Shown here: positions 13,076 through 27,180 of the stretch, piece by piece
Numbering within the stretch: the first letter of the stretch is position 1
Layout: the number at the start of each line of letters is the position of its first letter
The notes under the pieces: generated by a model
The model's input: only the letters and a program-made list of their open reading frames with translations
Databases searched by the model: none
Told to the model about the DNA's origin: nothing
DNA from: the human T2T-CHM13v2.0 reference genome, Homo sapiens
Assembly (NCBI RefSeq): GCF_009914755.1
Contig: NC_060930.1
DNA: 64,000 nt
Reading direction: 5' to 3' (one strand)
Position numbers and translations under genes: made by a program

Positions 13076-14300
13076 AATGTATTTCATATAAAAAAATCTA
13101 GATTTTCCATTTATTTTAGAAAAGAAAATAATTTGGTAAACCCATATTCATTCCACCATCTTTGTCCTCAACCTTAGCAGCAGAGACTAGAAAGCAATGA
13201 GGGCCATTTCCACCTGAGTCATCAGACAAGCTGGAGACTGGAGATGCAGCTAAAGAATTTCCCACATTCTCTGCAGTCCTAAGACCTTTCTCCAGAGTGG
13301 ATTCTCTGGTGCTGAACAAGTATGGATTTGTGGCCAGAGGCTTGCACATGTTCACTGCACTTGTAATGCCTTTGTACAGTGGGAAAGGCCACCACACACT
13401 CAGGGCTCCTGTGTGACTTTCCCCTGTTGTGAGTGACTCAGTGGCGGAGAAGGTCTGAGCTGGCAAGAAAATCCTCTCCAGCCCCCACATGGAAGAGGAT
13501 TACTCTGACTTGTGGTCTCTGCAGCTCTTTACAAACAGGGTCCTGCTCTCTTCACTTCGGATGGGCTTCCCTTCCTTCCACTGCACCTGTTGCTGGTTGA
13601 AGGTTTGCCTTGAACCAGAGTCCTCTTCCACATGCCATACACACACATGGTTTCTGCATGGCCAGTATTGGTACTACCCCTGCCTTGGTATTTATGGTAT
13701 CAGAAGCTCATTCTAAAGAAACACTATGTTCACAACATAGTCTTCTAGCCCTCCGTTCCTAGCAAAAAAAAAAACTTCTGTGTAAGTGCCTTTCAGCAGA
13801 GCCTTGGCTGCTGGTAATGCATGACAGCTGTGCAATAGGATGAGTCCAGGTTCAGAAAACTCTGATTGCAACAATGTACAGGACCCCTGTGACTTCCACT
13901 ATGGCTGGAGTCATGTCTACTCTGTCAGTCATACAGGATTCTTCCCTATGCAGTACCTAGAAGATGTATGGGGCTAATGCTTTAGGACAAGTGACTCTTC
14001 ACCATCCTGCCAGTTACCCAACAGGTAGCCCAGCTGTGTCTTAAGAACAGGACACCCTCGTGAGAACTGCGCACCACAGATATCCAGCCTCACCCCCACC
14101 TAACAGTGTCCTCTGGGTCAGGTGAAGCTGTCCCCACTCCTTTTGTATGAAGATGGCAGTCACACTCTAAATGGTCACAGACCTGGCCCTGGGGCAATCG
14201 TATGTGTGGAGAGAGCTAGTCAGGAGGCAGCAACCTGGGATTCCTGAGGGCTCAGCCCAATGCTGTCCCAGGCCTAAAAAGGCTTTGAGGCAGGTCCCGT

Positions 14301-15392
14301 TGTAACCACCCAATGGGTTCTTTTTGTTTGCTTCTCAAATAGTGCCAATTTATCAAAAGAAGGGTGATATGGTTTGGTTGTGCCCTCATCCAAATTTCAT
14401 CTTGAATTGTAGCTCCCACAATTCCCATGTGTCATGGAAGGGACTTGGTGGGAGGTAACTGAATCAGGTGGGCAGGTCTTTCCTGTGCTGTTCTCATGAT
14501 AGTGAATAAGTCTCACAAGATCTGATGGTTTTAGAAAGGGGAGTTTCCCGCACAAGCTCTCTTCTCTTGTTTGCTGCCATGTGAGACGTGCTTTTCACCT
14601 TCTGCCATGATTGTGAGGCCTTCCCAGTCACATGGAATGGTGAATCCATTAAACCTCTTTCTTTTGTAAATGGCCCAGTCTGTGGTATGACTTTATCAGC
14701 AGTGTGAAAACGGACTAATACAAGGGGAATTGCAATAGAGAAAGAGCTTAATACACATAGAGTTGGCCAAAAGGGAGACTGCGGTTTTATTATTACTCAA
14801 ATCGGCCTCCCTGAAAATTCAGAGGCTGGGTTTTTTAACAGATAGTTTGGCAGGCAGCGGGCTAGGAAGTGGGGGATGCTGATTGGTTGGTTTGGGAGGA
14901 GATCACAGAGAGTCAAAGCTGTCTTCTTGCTCTGAGTCAGTTCCTCGGTGGGCTCCACAAAACTAGATGAGCCAGTTTACCAGTCTGGGTGGTGCCAGCT
15001 GATTCATCAGTATGCAGGGTCTGAAAAATCTCAAACACCAATCTTAGGTCTTACAATAGTGATGTTATCCATAGGAACAATCAGGGAGGTTAGGAATCTT
15101 AACGGCCTCTGGCTGTGTGACTCCTGAACCATAATTTCTAATCTTGTGGCTAATTTGTTAGTTTTACAAAGGCGGTCTTGTCCCCAGGCAAGGAGGAGGT
15201 TTGTTTCAGGGTGGGGCTGTTATCACTGTTGTTTTAAAGCTAAACTATAAACTAAATTCCTCCCAAAGTTAGTTTGACCTACTCTCAGGAATAAACAAGG
15301 GCAGCTTGGAGGTTAAAGGCAGGATGGAGTTGGTTATGTCAGACCTCTTTTGCTGTCATAATTTCCTCATAATCTTTGCAAAAGCGATTTCA
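14301..15392 (-). mobile_element. ERV1 solo LTR (LTR8A-like), interrupted by THE1B
   Basis: Ends tgtaaccacccaatgggttc ... tttgcaaaagcgatttca; 4-bp TSD ccgt/ccat (CpG decay). Confidence 0.88.
14365..14722 (+). mobile_element. THE1 MaLR solo LTR (THE1B-like)
   Basis: tgatatggtttgg ... aaacggactaataca; TSD aaggg/agggg. Confidence 0.92.
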
Positions 15393-15654
15393 CCATTCTC
15401 CAATTGTCCTTCCCTGCTTGGCCATGGAGCTGCATGGTTCCAACAACTACACAGACAGACAACCCCACGCAACAGCTGAAAGCCTGAAAAAACCAAACGC
15501 CCTGCAAAAATGGAAAGCCCAAAATGATGTTGCCGGAAGTCCTGCCCCCACCCGTGGAGCCACAGCAAATGCCCTTTTCCTGTAGTATATATAGATTCTT
15601 TTAATTTTAAAGACTTTGTGCATTTGTGGCAACTTCATGATTACACATAAGATT

Positions 15655-16231
15655 TTTCAACTTGAAATAAAAATATAAAGAGAGTTGGATCTCCAAGCTA
15701 AAAAGATTTATTTGGGAAAAAATGAAGAAATAGGACTGCAGTCTGGTATGCACAGACTGGTTTGGTCTGTGGATTGTTCTGAGAACAAAGGAAGTATAGG
15801 ATTTCACTGGAGAGAGAGGGGGTTACACAAGTTGTTTTGGAAGAAAGCCTATTGCCACTGGCAGCATCTTACAAGAGTTGATTGGCAAGGGTCAAGAGTT
15901 GTTAGGTAGGACTTTCAATCTTGGCATTACAAGGCCCTTGTAGTCCTGCACTGGGTTTGTGAGATTATGTGCCGGGCAAATGTTCTTGCATGAGTGGCTA
16001 GCTGTCCTTGTGCTGCTAGCTACCTTTGTGTGACCCAGGTAGTAAGCTGCTGTTTGGAAGCATATCTTGAGCTAGCTCCTGTTATCAGGAGAAGTGTGTG
16101 TGTGTGTTCGTGTGTGTGTGTGTGTATGTGAGAGAGAGAGAGAGAGAGAGCCCTCTCTTCATGGTCTTCCTCAGCTCCATTTGCCAGAGTTTGACACGAG
16201 TGACTGTATTTTGAATCTTACAACTTTCACA
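15655..16231 (-). mobile_element. ERV1 solo LTR (MER67/MER89/MER90-like)
   Basis: Ends gctccatttgccagagtttgacacgagtgactgtattttgaatcttacaactttcaca; left boundary approximate. Confidence 0.65.
16094..16150. repeat. Compound (GT)n(GA)n microsatellite
   Basis: Directly visible. Confidence 0.95.
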
Positions 16232-16518
16232 GATTACATATATTTTAAGAAAATTCCTACTTAAGCTAGATGAGCTTTCTCTTTCAGAGGTCCTGTGACA
16301 ATTCATAAATTTAATGTTTGCATTTAAATCTTACTTGCTTATTATGAGCATTGTTTCGAACATAGCCTACATAATATTCTTAATTAATCTTTTACTTACC
16401 TGAGATTTTCCAAAGAATTTTAATGTGTTACCTTTTCCACGTCCTTATCCTCTGCAACCTATACCTTACAATTATTTTTCTTTTTATGGAGGTCTAAAGA
16501 AAGGGAAATTATCCAATA

Positions 16519-16849
16519 CATTTATGTGCCTATAATAACATTTTTGTCAAAGGCAGACCACACATATGAGGGTGGTCACATAAGATTATAATTCCATGTT
16601 TTTGCTGTACCTTTTCTATGGTTAGATGCACAACTACCATGTGTTACAATTGCCTATAGTACTCAGTACAGTAACATGCAGTACAGGTTTGGAACCTAGG
16701 AGCAATAGACTTTTCCATATAGCCAATGTGTGTAGTAGGCTGTACCATCTAGGTTTTCAAAAGTACACTCTATGATGTTTGCAAAGGACAAAATTGCCTA
16801 AAGACACATTTCTCAGAATGCATCCCCATCATTAAATGACCCCTGACTA
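16519..16849 (+). mobile_element. Tigger3a/MER7A DNA transposon
   Basis: ggtggtcacataagattataat...tagtaggctgtaccatctagg...catttctcagaatgcatcccc; flanked by TA. Confidence 0.85.
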
Positions 16850-17325
16850 TATAGTATGATTTACCCAAAATGCATCAATAGTTTTAAAAACTAAGGTTTT
16901 TAAAAAAATTTATTAAGTTGTTCAAGCTCAACTAATCTCCCCACCAAGAAAAGGGTGTTATATACCTTTCTTTAAGGAGCTGCAGTGGCTTTTGTAAAAC
17001 AGCACTCCTCACAAAAACCGTTTCATTCCAAAATGGTTAAACCAGTGGTCCTCAACACAATGTACCTTAGGAGGCACTCCCTGCTTCAGCTGCAGTGACT
17101 TATTAACTAATGATTCTTCCACACTGAGAAAGGAGGTGAAGAATCAAAATTCCCGGAGGACATATGCAATTTGAACCCCCACCTGGCTCTGATATAAATT
17201 CCCAAGAGATATCCCCATCTCCCCCATCTCTTATCCTTGCCAAAATCAACAGTTTGCACATTCATTAGGCAAATACATATTGCTCTCCTAATTTTCCCAT
17301 ACACATATAGAAATGAATAAAATTC

Positions 17326-17859
<534 letters not shown>

Positions 17860-17939
17860 AAGAAGAAGATTCATCTCAGCTCTCCAGTTGCTCAGGTTAC
17901 CATTGGAGGATGAGAGGTTAAAAACTATATGTTGCCTTA

Positions 17940-18230
17940 GGCCAGGCACGGTGGCTCACGCCTGTAATCCCAGCACTTTGGGAGGCCAAGGCGGGTGGAT
18001 GACAAAGTCAAGAGTTCAAAACCAGCCAGGCCAAGGTGGTGAAACCCCATTTCTACTAAAAATACAAAAATTAGCCTGGTGTGGTGGCGGGCGCCTATAA
18101 TCCCAGTTACTCTAGAGGCTGAGGCAAAGAATTTCTTGAACCCAGGAGGCAGAGGTAACAGTGAGTGGACATAGCGCCACTGCACTCCAGCCTGGGCGAC
18201 AGAGTGAGACTCCAATTCAAAAAAAAAAAA
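17940..18230 (+). mobile_element. Full-length Alu (AluS)
   Basis: Two monomers plus poly(A). Confidence 0.95.
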
Positions 18231-18490
18231 GTACATACACATATGTGTGTGTATATATCTTTACATATACACACGTATATACACACACGTGTGTATGCGT
18301 GCATATACACACGTGTGTATGCGTGCATATACACACGTGTGTATGCGTGCATATACACACGTGTGTATGCGTGCATATGTGTATATGTGTACATATATAT
18401 GTACATAGATATATACATATGTACATATACATACATATGTATATACATATGCATGTATATGTACATTCATATATGTATATATACATATAC

Positions 18491-18525
<35 letters not shown>
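18231..18525. repeat. Alternating purine-pyrimidine repeat with four ~24-bp palindromic units and terminal (TG)n
   Basis: Unit catatacacacgtgtgtatgcgtg at ~18280-18378. Confidence 0.95.
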
Positions 18526-18528
<3 letters not shown>

Positions 18529-18985
18529 CCCTACCATGTAATCTGTGTGACCAACAGAAACGTATGAAGTGTGAGCTGAGCACAGATTTGTGGGAGGCAG
18601 TACTAGGTGTCCCACGGTGCCAGGTATCTGAACAATATTGGTCTATACCAATTTTCCCAGAGTGATTATTAAGTAGTTATTAATAATGTCCCTTTCACAA
18701 GTGTCCTGATTAGTAAAATTAATTGTATGGTCACCTTATCCATAATAGAGAAGATTCTTACCTTTAATTTCAGAGAGATCCTGCTTTGAACCCCTATTAT
18801 TTTACTCACTCGATACGTAACCTTGAGCCAGCTATTGAACTAGGCCTCCTGTATGGCAGAGGCATCTGACAGCCGTAAGCGAAGCATATCTCAAGAACGA
18901 CTCCATGGTCTAAGAAGAGTATTGGTTCAAAGTTCTTAGCTGAGGAATCCAGGATTGGCCAACATGGAGCTCCACTCCTTATTTA

Positions 18986-20978
<1,993 letters not shown>

Positions 20979-22019
20979 AAAGAAATACAAACCCCTGACC
21001 CATCCCATGGAACACAGGCCATGCAGGGGATCAAGGCGCTTTGTTTTGGGTTAAATGAAGGTTGCTAGGTGGAGGATGCTATGTGAAAATGTTATATACA
21101 CTGCATGCTTTAAACCAACAGCAATGGTGTTGTTCCTGTCCAGCCCACCACCGTAGACTGCCCTGTATGGAAGTACCCCCATTAAAACCTATCTCTCATC
21201 CACTGGGTGCTCTCTTTGGCCTCTAGGACACAGTGTTATTCCTACTGGAGTCAATAGGCAGTCTGGCATGACACCTCCATTTTCTGATCTTAAAATGAAA
21301 TAACATATGTGCCTCATATGATTGTTACAAATGATCAATGAGATGGTATAAAACTTTTAAGTTTATAATGTGATACCTTCTATATTAATAAGTGGTAGCA
21401 GTTTTATGAAAGAACGTTATAGATATCCACAGAAGTAACTTTTACACATTTTTTGTATTAAAGTTAGTGAATAATAAGATGGGTAGCATAAACACCAAAA
21501 ATCTAAATCTATTTGCTGCCCTCAAATTTATGTTCGTTTAGAGCTCTTTTATATCAAATCTGGTAGATATTCAAAGCAAGCTCTAGGAAAAGTCAGGGCT
21601 GCTAAAAATTCAGTACTTCTATGTCTCCAAAATAGTTTTCATGTTATTAGCAGTAACTTATACCATTATAGTAAATTATAATATAAGAGAAAAATAAGGA
21701 TCTATGTCTTATTTTATTTTTACCTTTACCCTCAATATCACCAGGTATGTTGTAATTGCTCAATTAATTTTTAAATAAATTAACTCAGATAATTGAGACC
21801 AAAAGATCAAATATGTACATGAGAAAAACTTTCTAAGTACAACACTCATAAGCCTCATCTCAAGTATAAGACACCTTCACATCGCCTCACAGTACTGCCT
21901 ATCCCAATCTCCTCCCACTCTTACATTCACGGGATTAACTGTTGCTAGAAAAAATTATTCGTAAAGGCTCAGATTGTTAATTACTATTCAGCCAGGTATT
22001 GTTAGGGGTTTCATGTGCT

Positions 22020-22210
22020 ATGCTTCCTCAGCACCTTACAAACCTTTAATACAGCACTTTCACATTGCATTTCAAATGTTCAGGCTTCCTTCTGAGTATC
22101 ATATTATAAGCTCCTTGAAGAATCGCATTAGGTTTGGTTCATATTTTTATGCCCAGCAAATAGCACATTGTCAGTTCATCATAGGTGTGAAATAAACTAC
22201 AAATGAATAT
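22020..22210 (+). mobile_element. L2 3' end
   Basis: tataagctccttgaag...cccagcaaatagcaca...aataaactacaaatgaat. Confidence 0.6.
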
Positions 22211-23769
22211 ATGAAAAAGTGTATCGATAATTGCTTAGTGACACTTGAAAGTGTGCTTAAAAATTCAGATCACAAGAAATAGGCCAACATAGTATTCGAA
22301 GGGGCTCGATTAAGGATCCCTATTGTGTCCATAAGATTTGTAGCCTCTCAGATGTCAATAGCATGATCTGCCTATTGTAGGTTAAATTTCACGGTAAAAT
22401 TGTACACAATGGTCTGCTGAGCCCTGTAAAGTAGACTCTAAAATGAACTTTTTGGCTGACTCAACTCTGTTCAGTGGGAGGACTGAGAAGGATCCCCTCT
22501 GGTGCCAACTGCTTTAACACTAATTATCAGACATACACCAGATTAAATGCAGAATAGAATGTCCAGATCAGGCAATCTACTTAAACTTTAATAGAAGTTA
22601 ATTATTCATTGATCAAACTCATTTATATCTAATTAAAGTTTTCCTGCATTAGAAGGTACAAGCTAACATGGTCTACGTTCTACTCCTTGGAGGAGAGTAC
22701 CTGATGCAAAAATAAATGGAAAATGGTGACATTTGTGTGATACAAATACATATTTGACAACTGAATTATCAACTTCAGGCCTAATCCATTTAGGTGACTT
22801 TGCTATGTAAATATCGTCTCCAAAATGCTTCCAGAATTTGGTAATTTTTGGAGCCAGAAGAACATAGCCTGTCAAGGAACAAAGCCTGTGTATGCTTAAA
22901 AGAAATCTCAGGGTCTGAATTTTATGTAGGTAACTATTTCAGTTTCATGAAGCATAATTAATTGTGCTCTTTACCATAAATATTTACGACAATAAAAATA
23001 TAAAATCTTGAGGCTTAGTATGGAAATGCCATTTTATAATCTATTTTTATGCCATTCTCTCTGAAAGCCCACAAAATGGCAGGATTTTCTATGGAGTGGA
23101 AAAGACTGGATGCTTTTTGCTGGAAAAAGAACATATGTTTATGCTAAAAAAAAGTTTCCTGTGCATTTTACTTTTAACTGTCATCAGTTACAATATGCTG
23201 CTTGAAATATGTTGCTTTCTTTTATGGAGTGTTTTCTAATATTGAACATATTTCAAAGTTGTAGATTTTTGCTTTGGGGATATAATTTCTTATCTAAAGG
23301 CATATCTTTGAATTTTGTGTTCTTTTATGATAGCAAGATTGACAGTTTTATTTCCTAATACCATGCATCCTCAATTAAAACCACTGTGTAAAAACATCTA
23401 TTGCCATAAATAACCCATTATAAATAAATTTCATATGAGTCCTAAGTTTCCAAGGCTAAATGTTAAATCTCTCTTTAAATCCATAAAATTGCTTTCCAAC
23501 TTTGTTATCACTTTTTATTCATCGTGATTACTATCAATCTAAGATTTGAGATGCAGTGTTCATGTTCAGTATACACAAAATGTCCCCACTCCTTGGACTT
23601 ATAAATACAGTAAGTGGGTGTGCTTTACACGCATGTTTTACTTTTTCTTGGGGAAAACAAAAGATTATTTCTTTAAATCAAATTTTTGGAAGGGATTTAG
23701 GCAGAACAGGACCTCCTCATGTTCACACGTTACTGATTTGGGTATTTCATATATTTCATATAGTTTTCT

Positions 23770-23925
23770 AGAATTAAACTGCACTATAATTGTCGGTTTA
23801 TGTTTGTCTTCCCACCAAACTGTAAGATGTGTGTTTTACTTTTCTTTGCACCCAGAAACTAACAAAAACTCCTGTGCATAGAAAGCTTTCAATGTTGGTT
23901 TGTTGAGTAAGTAAAATAACAAATG
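23770..23925 (+). mobile_element. L2 3' end leading into the TGGA repeat
   Basis: ttgtcttcccaccaaactgtaag...tttgttgagtaagt...aaatgaat. Confidence 0.6.
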
Positions 23926-24034
23926 AATGGATGGATGGATGGATGGATGGATGGATGAATGGACAGATGGATGGATGGATGGATGGATAGATGGATGGAT
24001 GGATGGATGGATAGATGGATGGATGGACGGATGG

Positions 24035-24069
<35 letters not shown>

Positions 24070-24300
24070 AACAGACGAATGGATGGATGGACAGACGGAT
24101 GGATGGACGGACGGATGGATGGACGGACAGACGGACGGACGGACGGACGGACGGACGGATGGATGGATGGATGGATGGATGGACGGACGGACAGATGGAT
24201 GGATGGATGGATGGAGGGGCAGATGGATTGATGGATGGATGGACAGATGGATGGACAGACGGATGGACGGACAGATGGATGGATGGATGGATGGATGAAT
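23924..24300. repeat. (TGGA)n tetranucleotide repeat with (CGGA)n/CAGA variant core
   Basis: Directly visible; source of the HPSI/MDGW junk ORFs. Confidence 0.98.
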
Positions 24301-26519
24301 AAGTGCATGAAGTTTCCACGACATGCCACCTGTTGCCATTTGCATGTTAACTGACAGATATTGGGCCATCCAGCCCTATTCCCTTTTCGAAGATAAGTAA
24401 TGGCCTAAAATTAACTTTTAAAGGATGTGACTATATGTGCTACTTGAAAACCTTCAAGATATCTTCTGAAATCTTCCTTGAGCAACCCAAAACACTTTCC
24501 CTGGAGGAGACAAATGGCCATTGTTGTTTCTCCTAATGAAGTTTTATAATCTTGAAGACAAGTAACTTTCCTGTACATAAGCACAAATTGCAATGCCAGA
24601 GAGTCATCAGCATTTTTTCGACGTTGGTATCTAAATACACCAGAACTGGCCAGATAAGGTTAATTACTTGAGGTTAAGAAAATGTCATGTTGGGGTCTTT
24701 CAAATGCTTATGAGCCACACAAGAGATATGTTTCAAATGCACAGGAAAGATGCAGATCAAATCACTTAGCTCTCAGGTAGCCAATCTACTGGTCTGAAAT
24801 CGCTTCCGCTTGTGGATGGAGACTGCACTACCTTAATGCCTTTCCTATACAATTATTTCTTCTTCACTGGACTCCAGACAAAAATAAAAGAGCTTTCAGA
24901 TTGATACCTATGAGCCACAGTCTGCCTTATTGTATCATTAGCTCATTTTAAAGTTCCTTTTACCAGGGAACACAGACAACACCAACTTAGAATCCAGCCT
25001 GAGCTGCCTCCCTGAAGAAGACAAGCAGGAAAGTTGTACAGTATTTTTCCCCCTTTTGAAAGCTAATCAACCTTATCTTGAAATAGTTTCAGCTTGTCCA
25101 ATAGGCAGCATTAAAGAAAATATTTCCTTTTAGGGCTTTTTAAAAGACAAAAAGAGTATTAATTTTTAATGATTTGGTAAAGAAAAGGAAAAGGACCTTC
25201 TTAACTAGAAAAGGATTAGATATTTAGGCTTTAAGGAAGAAACGCAAGTGCATAATGGCATGAAAGCCCCATCCTATCACGAGAATTGGCAATCAGTGCC
25301 CAATTTTGGAAGAAGTAAAGGCACAATAATTGGCAGCCACTGCAGATATTTTTGTTTGCCAGCTAACATCTCATGTATCTTTCGTTAAATGGATTAAAGC
25401 CAGCTGCTGTACATCCAAAAACAGAACTTTTTCACACACAGAAGCAGAATGGTAATAGAGATGTTTACCCAGTATAAAAGAGACATGCACCACATTCGTG
25501 TTTATCACTAACATTTAGAAAATGTTTTTTATTATTAAGATTAACTGAGATTGACCTGTCAGGAATTTTCCAATCATTAAAGTATGAACACAAATACACT
25601 CTAACATGAGGCGCAGTGGGAGGTGTCCACAAAGCCCATCGGATGGTGCCCACTGGCACATGTGGAGGGGTGAGCACTGCTCCCATCAGGCCCTGTGCAG
25701 GCGCAGAGGAAGGTCAAGCTACTGCAGCCACTGACTTTTCACTAAGGATCCTTCTAGACATCCAAGTTGTCCCTAAAAATACCAGCATCTCCACTTTCAA
25801 GGGCGTGAGGGTTTACATTATATTTTCACTGATTCTTAAAACTTCTGTTGAGGCTGCTTTTTAGATAAGTTCTTTTTCTTTTTAGCTTGTTCCCCAGTTT
25901 TAAATAAATGTAGTGTTTGCATTCCCTATGTGTTCTCCACTCCCCCCAGCATTCCTCCAAGCCCAGAATATCCCCTGTGTGATATTCTTTGCTGGGAAAT
26001 CCATGGACATCTTTAACATAGTTGTTGAAAAGGAGAATTTCACTGACATTGTAGATGCTATAGGATAAACTGGGCAACATTGCTAAATATTCTGCTGGTA
26101 TAGGTCAAACAGTCATTTCAACAGCTAGAGATCATCATCCCTGTAAATTATCTGCTCTTCTTCCGTTCCAGGTCATCTCATTCCATAAAGCAAAAAAGAA
26201 GTGAAACAGAAAATAACCCCATTGTGTCTTATGTCTTAAATGTGCTTTTAAAAAAGCAGTACAGTTGGAAGCACGTACTTCATACAGCCTAAAGTGGCCC
26301 TCTAATATTATCAAGGAAATCATATCATAGGTTTCACTGTCACCCTTAATTGGACATAATTATACTGTTGCCTTCTGATAAACACCAAGTTTTAAATTAT
26401 TTTAAATATCTTTTGGAAAACTGTCATAATATGGCAAGGTCACTAGCATGTTATTCTTCCTAATCGCTTATTAGCCTTAACACAGTGAAAGACTCCCTTC
26501 TTCTGAACTTTACACGGCA

Positions 26520-27180
26520 GCCCATGCTCAGGTAACTTTCCACTCTCCAGCTCTTTCTCAGTGTTCATTGATGATATGTTCTCTGTTTCACCATGAAACT
26601 TTGGCCACACTCAGCCCTCAGACCTCAGTCTTTCTCTTCTCACCCTGTGCTTTCACAACCCAAGCTTCCTCCTCCTTAAACCTGTCCCCTCAATGCCCTC
26701 ATCAAAGTAGATGAATCCTCCATCCACCCAGGTGCTTGCGTAAGAAACTAGGTAGCCAGCAACAACATTCTCTCTCAGTTCAAGAAACTAATAGATGTTC
26801 TCTCAAACCTGTCCAGACTCTGCCAGCTTCTAACTCTGCCAATTAGCCCCATGTACAGTTCTGCCCTACATCCTAATCCTCTCGCCTGGATCATGCCCAT
26901 GGTCCCCAAATGACTTTCTGTAGCCGCCCCTGTTCTCCTGAATCTCCTCCCTGGATGCCATCCTCTCACTTGGCTGACTACCTTCCTCAATAGTGTTGTT
27001 CACACTAGCATAAAAGTTTCCAGAAACCAGACATTGCATCTTGATTCTACTCATCATGTGTAGCTTGTATGTGTCAGGGGCACCCATCCAACACGTTCTC
27101 CAAGTCATCTGCCTATTCAGGTTTCTTTCATTCAGCTAATTGCACCTTTCCTGGCACCCTGGCCATGTGTGTTATTCAGC
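26520..27180 (+). mobile_element. L2 fragment
   Basis: Pyrimidine-rich L2-like words (catccacccaggtgc, atctctcgcctgga-like). Confidence 0.55.

Larger units (their letters stand above)
13200..15580 (-). pseudogene. Processed KRAB C2H2 zinc-finger pseudogene, apparently chimeric, with stops and frameshifts; 5' UTR split by LTR8A/THE1B
   Basis: Manual minus-strand translation. KRAB-A: SVTI*SVTAIFIQKEWGQLHLTQRTL/VRLDICGAQFSRG (~14184-14057). KRAB-B follows with no intron: CPVLKTQLGYLLGNWQ/MVKSHLS*S. Second KRAB-B-like box: HTSSRY../EESCMTDRVDMTPAI (~13970-13880). Finger exon: GTEG..EHSVSLE, QKPCVCMACGRGLWFKANL, DFLASSDLLRH*, HYKCSEHVQASGHKSILVQHQRIHSGERS*DCRECGKFFSCISSL (~13770-13230). The extension to 15580 is inferred from the GC-richer UTR-like sequence beyond the LTR. 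Confidence 0.88.

Noticed and set aside
13116-13490. 124-aa minus-strand ORF as an intact ZNF CDS
   Set aside because: It is an alternative frame over the pseudogene; the zinc-finger frame has in-frame stops and frameshifts
18280-18378. CRISPR-like array of palindromic repeats
   Set aside because: Units are directly tandem with no unique spacers, and the context is primate DNA with no cas genes
18107-18665. ORFs rich in Y/I/C/V/H/T
   Set aside because: Translations of the alternating purine-pyrimidine repeat plus Alu
18540-18740. Possible hAT-Blackjack remnant ending tatggtcacctta
   Set aside because: Only one TIR-like end recognised; not enough to call
23798-24369. ORFs of 71-177 aa (HPSI/MDGW repeats)
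   Set aside because: Translations of the (TGGA)n repeat, which lacks stop codons
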